A program made the position numbers and the translations under genes. A stretch of DNA of 63,462 nucleotides, the filler included, from Acidimicrobiia bacterium (lineage in GTDB: Bacteria > Actinomycetota > Acidimicrobiia > Spongiisociales > SHLN01), in NCBI GenBank assembly GCA_041619515.1. It is 3 parts of 3 records of this genome, joined end to end, with 100 filler letters (N's around TTAATTAATTAA, not from the genome) between each part and the next. Parts side by side here need not be neighbours in the genome. Positions count along the whole stretch, not along the records: positions 53,035 to 63,462 come from JBFKDW010000091.1; 2 more parts are not named here. The stretch is one strand, 5' to 3'. Below are positions 60,561 through 63,462 of this stretch, in pieces. The stretch's first letter is position 1. Each line of letters starts with the position of its first letter. The notes under the pieces are model-generated. The model was not told the DNA's origin. It was given only the letters and a program-made list of their open reading frames with translations, and did no database searches.

Positions 60561-60959
60561 ATGGACTGGTGGATTCTCGAGATCATCGTGACGGTCCTGC
60601 TGGTGGCCGCGGTCTTGATCCTGGGGCCGCTCATCAAGCGTTTTGGGAAGAGCTACGCCGCCGACGTATTCCGGGCAAACCCGCGCACCGGCAAGAGCTA
60701 TTTGGTGCTGATGGATGTGGCGTACTACCTGATCTTCTCCGCCTTCATCCTCTTCACGATCAGCTTTGCCCGCGACGGTGGCTGGACGGCCACCGTGGGA
60801 GCCGAGCAGCTCGAAGGCGAGGCGGTCCGGGTCGGAGGCATGCTGCTGCTGATGGGCATATTGCACGGCCTCAACGTGCTGAGCCTGCCGATAGTCGGCC
60901 GGCTGCTTGGGCTGGGACGCGTGCTCGACGAGGACACGCCCAGGCCACAAGCAGCCTGA
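60561..60959 (+). CDS. Small 3-TM membrane protein, paralog of the downstream anti-sigma membrane domain
   Basis: AAGGAG RBS; GPLIKRFG, DVF, DVAYYL, GGMLLLMGILH. Confidence 0.85.
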   Translation: MDWWILEIIVTVLLVAAVLILGPLIKRFGKSYAADVFRANPRTGKSYLVLMDVAYYLIFSAFILFTISFARDGGWTATVGAEQLEGEAVRVGGMLLLMGILHGLNVLSLPIVGRLLGLGRVLDEDTPRPQAA

Positions 60960-60974
60960 GCACTGGGCGCCGGT

Positions 60975-61514
60975 GTGGATGGTCTCGCGGTCGACGCGAG
61001 GGTTGGAACGGCCGGGCTCGACCGGGGCGCCCTCGTCGCAACGCTCTTTCGACAGGAGGGGGTTGCACTGGTCCGCCTGGCGCGATTCTTCACCGACGAC
61101 CGGAACGCCGCAGAAGATCTCGTGCAGGAGGCCTTCGTCAGGCTGTACCGGTCGGCCCACCGAATCGAAGATCCAGAAAAGGCCGCGCCGTACTTGCGGT
61201 CGATCCTGCTCAACTTGGCCCGCGACCACAATCGGCGGGGGTTGATGTCGCTGCGCCACGTCGAGGCTATGGCTCCCTCGGAGCCCCCGGCTGCTGCCGA
61301 CGACCAGATGGTTCTCGACGAGCAAAAGGCGGAGGTGGTGGCGGCTCTCGAATCACTCCCGATCCGCCAGCGCGACTGCCTGTTGCTGCGCTTCTACTTC
61401 GACCTGAGCGAGCGCGACATCGGTGCCACCCTCGACATCTCACCGAACTCGGTCAAGACCCACTGCCGGCGCGGGATGGCATCGCTGCGCAAGATCCTGG
61501 GAGAGCAACCATGA
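60975..61514 (+). CDS. ECF RNA polymerase sigma factor
   Basis: AEDLVQEAF (region 2); LP-x-RQR...DLSE...SVKTH (region 4). Confidence 0.93.
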   Translation: MDGLAVDARVGTAGLDRGALVATLFRQEGVALVRLARFFTDDRNAAEDLVQEAFVRLYRSAHRIEDPEKAAPYLRSILLNLARDHNRRGLMSLRHVEAMAPSEPPAAADDQMVLDEQKAEVVAALESLPIRQRDCLLLRFYFDLSERDIGATLDISPNSVKTHCRRGMASLRKILGEQP

Positions 61515-62242
61515 CCGTCGAGCAACGCCTGGCAGAGACCCTGCGCAGCAACGATCAGTACGCCCCCAGCGCCGATCTGTTCGCCAAGGTGACGCGGTCG
61601 ATTTCGGAGGACATTGCGCACCGGCGCCGGATCCGACGCCTGGTCGGTGCCATCATCGCCGCCATCGCGGCTGTCGCCGTCTACGTGGTGGCGTTTCTCG
61701 AGGTCGGCGACGGACGGGCCGAAATGCCGTGGTGGGCCCTGGAGGTGCTGGCGGGCATCGTGATGGTCGTGCTGGTAGGGAGCATGGGGCCGCTCATTCG
61801 CCGATTTGGGTCCACCTACGTGGGCGACGTGTTCCGCTCCCATCCCGCCACCGGTGGCCACTTCTTGAGACTGCTCGACATCGCCTACTACCTGGTGTTC
61901 TCGGCCTACATCCTGATGACGTCCACGTTTTCTCCCCCCACCGGGTGGGCCCGGCTCGCTGAGCAGCTCGAATTCGAGATGGCCCGCATCGGGGGCCTGC
62001 TGCTCCTGATGGGAGTCCTGCACGTGGCGACGGTCGGCGCGCTCACCGTGGTCGGTCTGGTGTTCGCCGCCAATCAGCGCCGGGCGTTTCGAGCAGCGGT
62101 CCCCGGCGTCGATGCTCCGAATCCCATCGCAGAGCGAATCGACCGCGTCCTCACCATCCTGGTATGGGGTGCCACGCTCCTCCTGGTCGGCGGCGTTTTG
62201 CTCATCGTGGTGCTTGCCTTGATCGGGCTCGGTGGCAGCTAG
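61511..62242 (+). CDS. Putative membrane anti-sigma factor
   Basis: ATGA overlap with the sigma gene; short cytoplasmic N-terminus ending RRRIRR, then about 5 TM segments. Confidence 0.78.
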   Translation: MTVEQRLAETLRSNDQYAPSADLFAKVTRSISEDIAHRRRIRRLVGAIIAAIAAVAVYVVAFLEVGDGRAEMPWWALEVLAGIVMVVLVGSMGPLIRRFGSTYVGDVFRSHPATGGHFLRLLDIAYYLVFSAYILMTSTFSPPTGWARLAEQLEFEMARIGGLLLLMGVLHVATVGALTVVGLVFAANQRRAFRAAVPGVDAPNPIAERIDRVLTILVWGATLLLVGGVLLIVVLALIGLGGS

Positions 62243-62311
62243 GGGCAGGGTGTCCAGCCGGTTCCCCCCGGCCAAAGATCTCCAATTCTGCCCCTGTCTA
62301 GGCTGAACCCC

Positions 62312-63091
62312 GTGCGCCATTGCTTTGTCGTGAGGGTCTTCACCATTTCCGGGTCCGGAGGAAATGCGCTCGGTGTGATCCCCGATGCGACCGATCTCGA
62401 TGCCGGCGATATGCAGCGAATTGCCCACGAGCTCGGGTATTCCGAGACCGTCTTCATCGATTGGCCCGCCGGTGGCGTGCCCGGGCTGCGGATCTTCACC
62501 CCTGCCACCGAGCTGCCCTTCGCAGGACATCCGCTGGTGGGGACCGCCTGGGTGCTCAACCACATGGGCCCCGGCGTCGACCGTATGTCGATCCAGATCG
62601 GTGAGGTCGGGGTGCGCCTCTCGCGGGACATGGTGTGGGTGGCGCCGCCTGCCATCGAACTGCCGGTTCGAGAAGCCGGAGTCGACGAGGCGGACCCGCT
62701 CGGGATCACGGCGAGCCGGGCGTGGCGAGTCGAGGTTCCTTCCGACTATCTCGTCCTCGAGGTGGCATCCGAGGCCGATCTCAACGACGCCGCCCCCGAT
62801 CTAACTGCCGTGGCTTCCTCCGCAGACGGCGTCTACCTCGTCACGGGCGACGATCCCGTCCGTTCCCGGTTCTTCGCCCCCCGGATGGGAGTAGCCGAAG
62901 ATCCGGCGACCGGGTCGGCGGCGGTGGGGCTGAGCGCCGTCCGGCGAGCGCTCGGCACCCAATCGGGAACGTTACGCATTCTGCAGGGTCTTCCGGAGGC
63001 CCTCTCTGAGATTCGCGTCGTGTGGGACGGCTCAGCGGTGGAGCTGGGCGGGGCGGTGGTCAGAGACGAGGTACGTCTGCTGGACGATTGA
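62312..63091 (+). CDS. PhzF family isomerase/epimerase
   Basis: GN-x-L-G-V, SETVF, FTP-x-x-ELPFAGHP, EDPATGSA. Confidence 0.92.
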   Translation: MRHCFVVRVFTISGSGGNALGVIPDATDLDAGDMQRIAHELGYSETVFIDWPAGGVPGLRIFTPATELPFAGHPLVGTAWVLNHMGPGVDRMSIQIGEVGVRLSRDMVWVAPPAIELPVREAGVDEADPLGITASRAWRVEVPSDYLVLEVASEADLNDAAPDLTAVASSADGVYLVTGDDPVRSRFFAPRMGVAEDPATGSAAVGLSAVRRALGTQSGTLRILQGLPEALSEIRVVWDGSAVELGGAVVRDEVRLLDD

Positions 63092-63275
63092 ACCGCTCCC
63101 GGGCGTCATGGTCGGGGCGACATCGGACGGCGCCCAGCGGGGCGGCCATCGGCCTCTGGGGCGTGATCGGTCGCCGAAGAGCGACGCACGGCCGTTGCCT
63201 CAACGGGCAGTAGTCGTTGCTTCTGTCAATCCGATACGGTCGGCCCGTGAGGGGTGAGCTGCTGCTGGGGTGGTG

Positions 63276-63462
63276 TCATCCGACATCGGTGATGGTTACG
63301 GTCACGTCGTCGATGGGGATTCCCTGCCAGGGTGGGTCGCCGCCGGTGACGGTAGCCGACACGACGCAGGTCTGGGTGCCGTCCACGACTCCGTCATCGA
63401 CGCCGTTGATGGGGATGGTGGCCGGTGTGGTGTCGGTGAGGGTCACCGATTCGGTCACGGTG
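63276..63462 (-). CDS. C-terminal end of a probable surface protein (Calx-beta/Ig-like), partial
   Basis: DDGVVDGTQT...VTVTITD pattern; frame open to the window edge. Confidence 0.6.
   Translation of the reverse strand, partial: TVTESVTLTDTTPATIPINGVDDGVVDGTQTCVVSATVTGGDPPWQGIPIDDVTVTITDVG

Overview
High-GC DNA, probably from an Acidimicrobiia-type actinobacterium. The taxonomic call is an inference from a mycothiol amidase-like gene, an MMPL transporter, many apparently leaderless genes and GDWDGDG-repeat surface proteins. The window is three contigs joined by artificial N/TTAATTAATTAA linkers (1-26600, 26701-52934, 53035-63462), so adjacency across the gaps means nothing. Contig 1 opens with the likely end of an element integrated at initiator tRNA-Met (3' tRNA fragment plus hairpin). 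Signalling and transport genes follow, then a truncated biosynthetic cluster: lysine cyclodeaminase-like enzyme, prolyl-PCP-dehydrogenase-like ACAD, stand-alone A domain, carrier protein and an NRPS (C-A-T-E). The NRPS A domain has an Asn code and is interrupted by an SGGKDS/CxxC domain of the AlbIV/CysH AMDH type. A GT1 glycosyltransferase, flippase, HTTM-like and HupE/UreJ genes flank it. Contig 2 is mostly housekeeping/envelope genes but includes a dynamin-like GTPase pair divergent from an RmuC-like nuclease, and tandem MFS transporters with an inserted beta-sandwich domain. Contig 3 has an apparent mosaic sulfoquinovose catabolism operon (GH188-like sulfoquinovosidase, isomerase, PfkB kinase, class I aldolase, SlcC-like dehydrogenase, threonine-synthase-like PLP enzyme). 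It also has an ECF sigma locus with two identical back-to-back promoter motifs. All family calls come from motif recognition by eye; no database searches were run.
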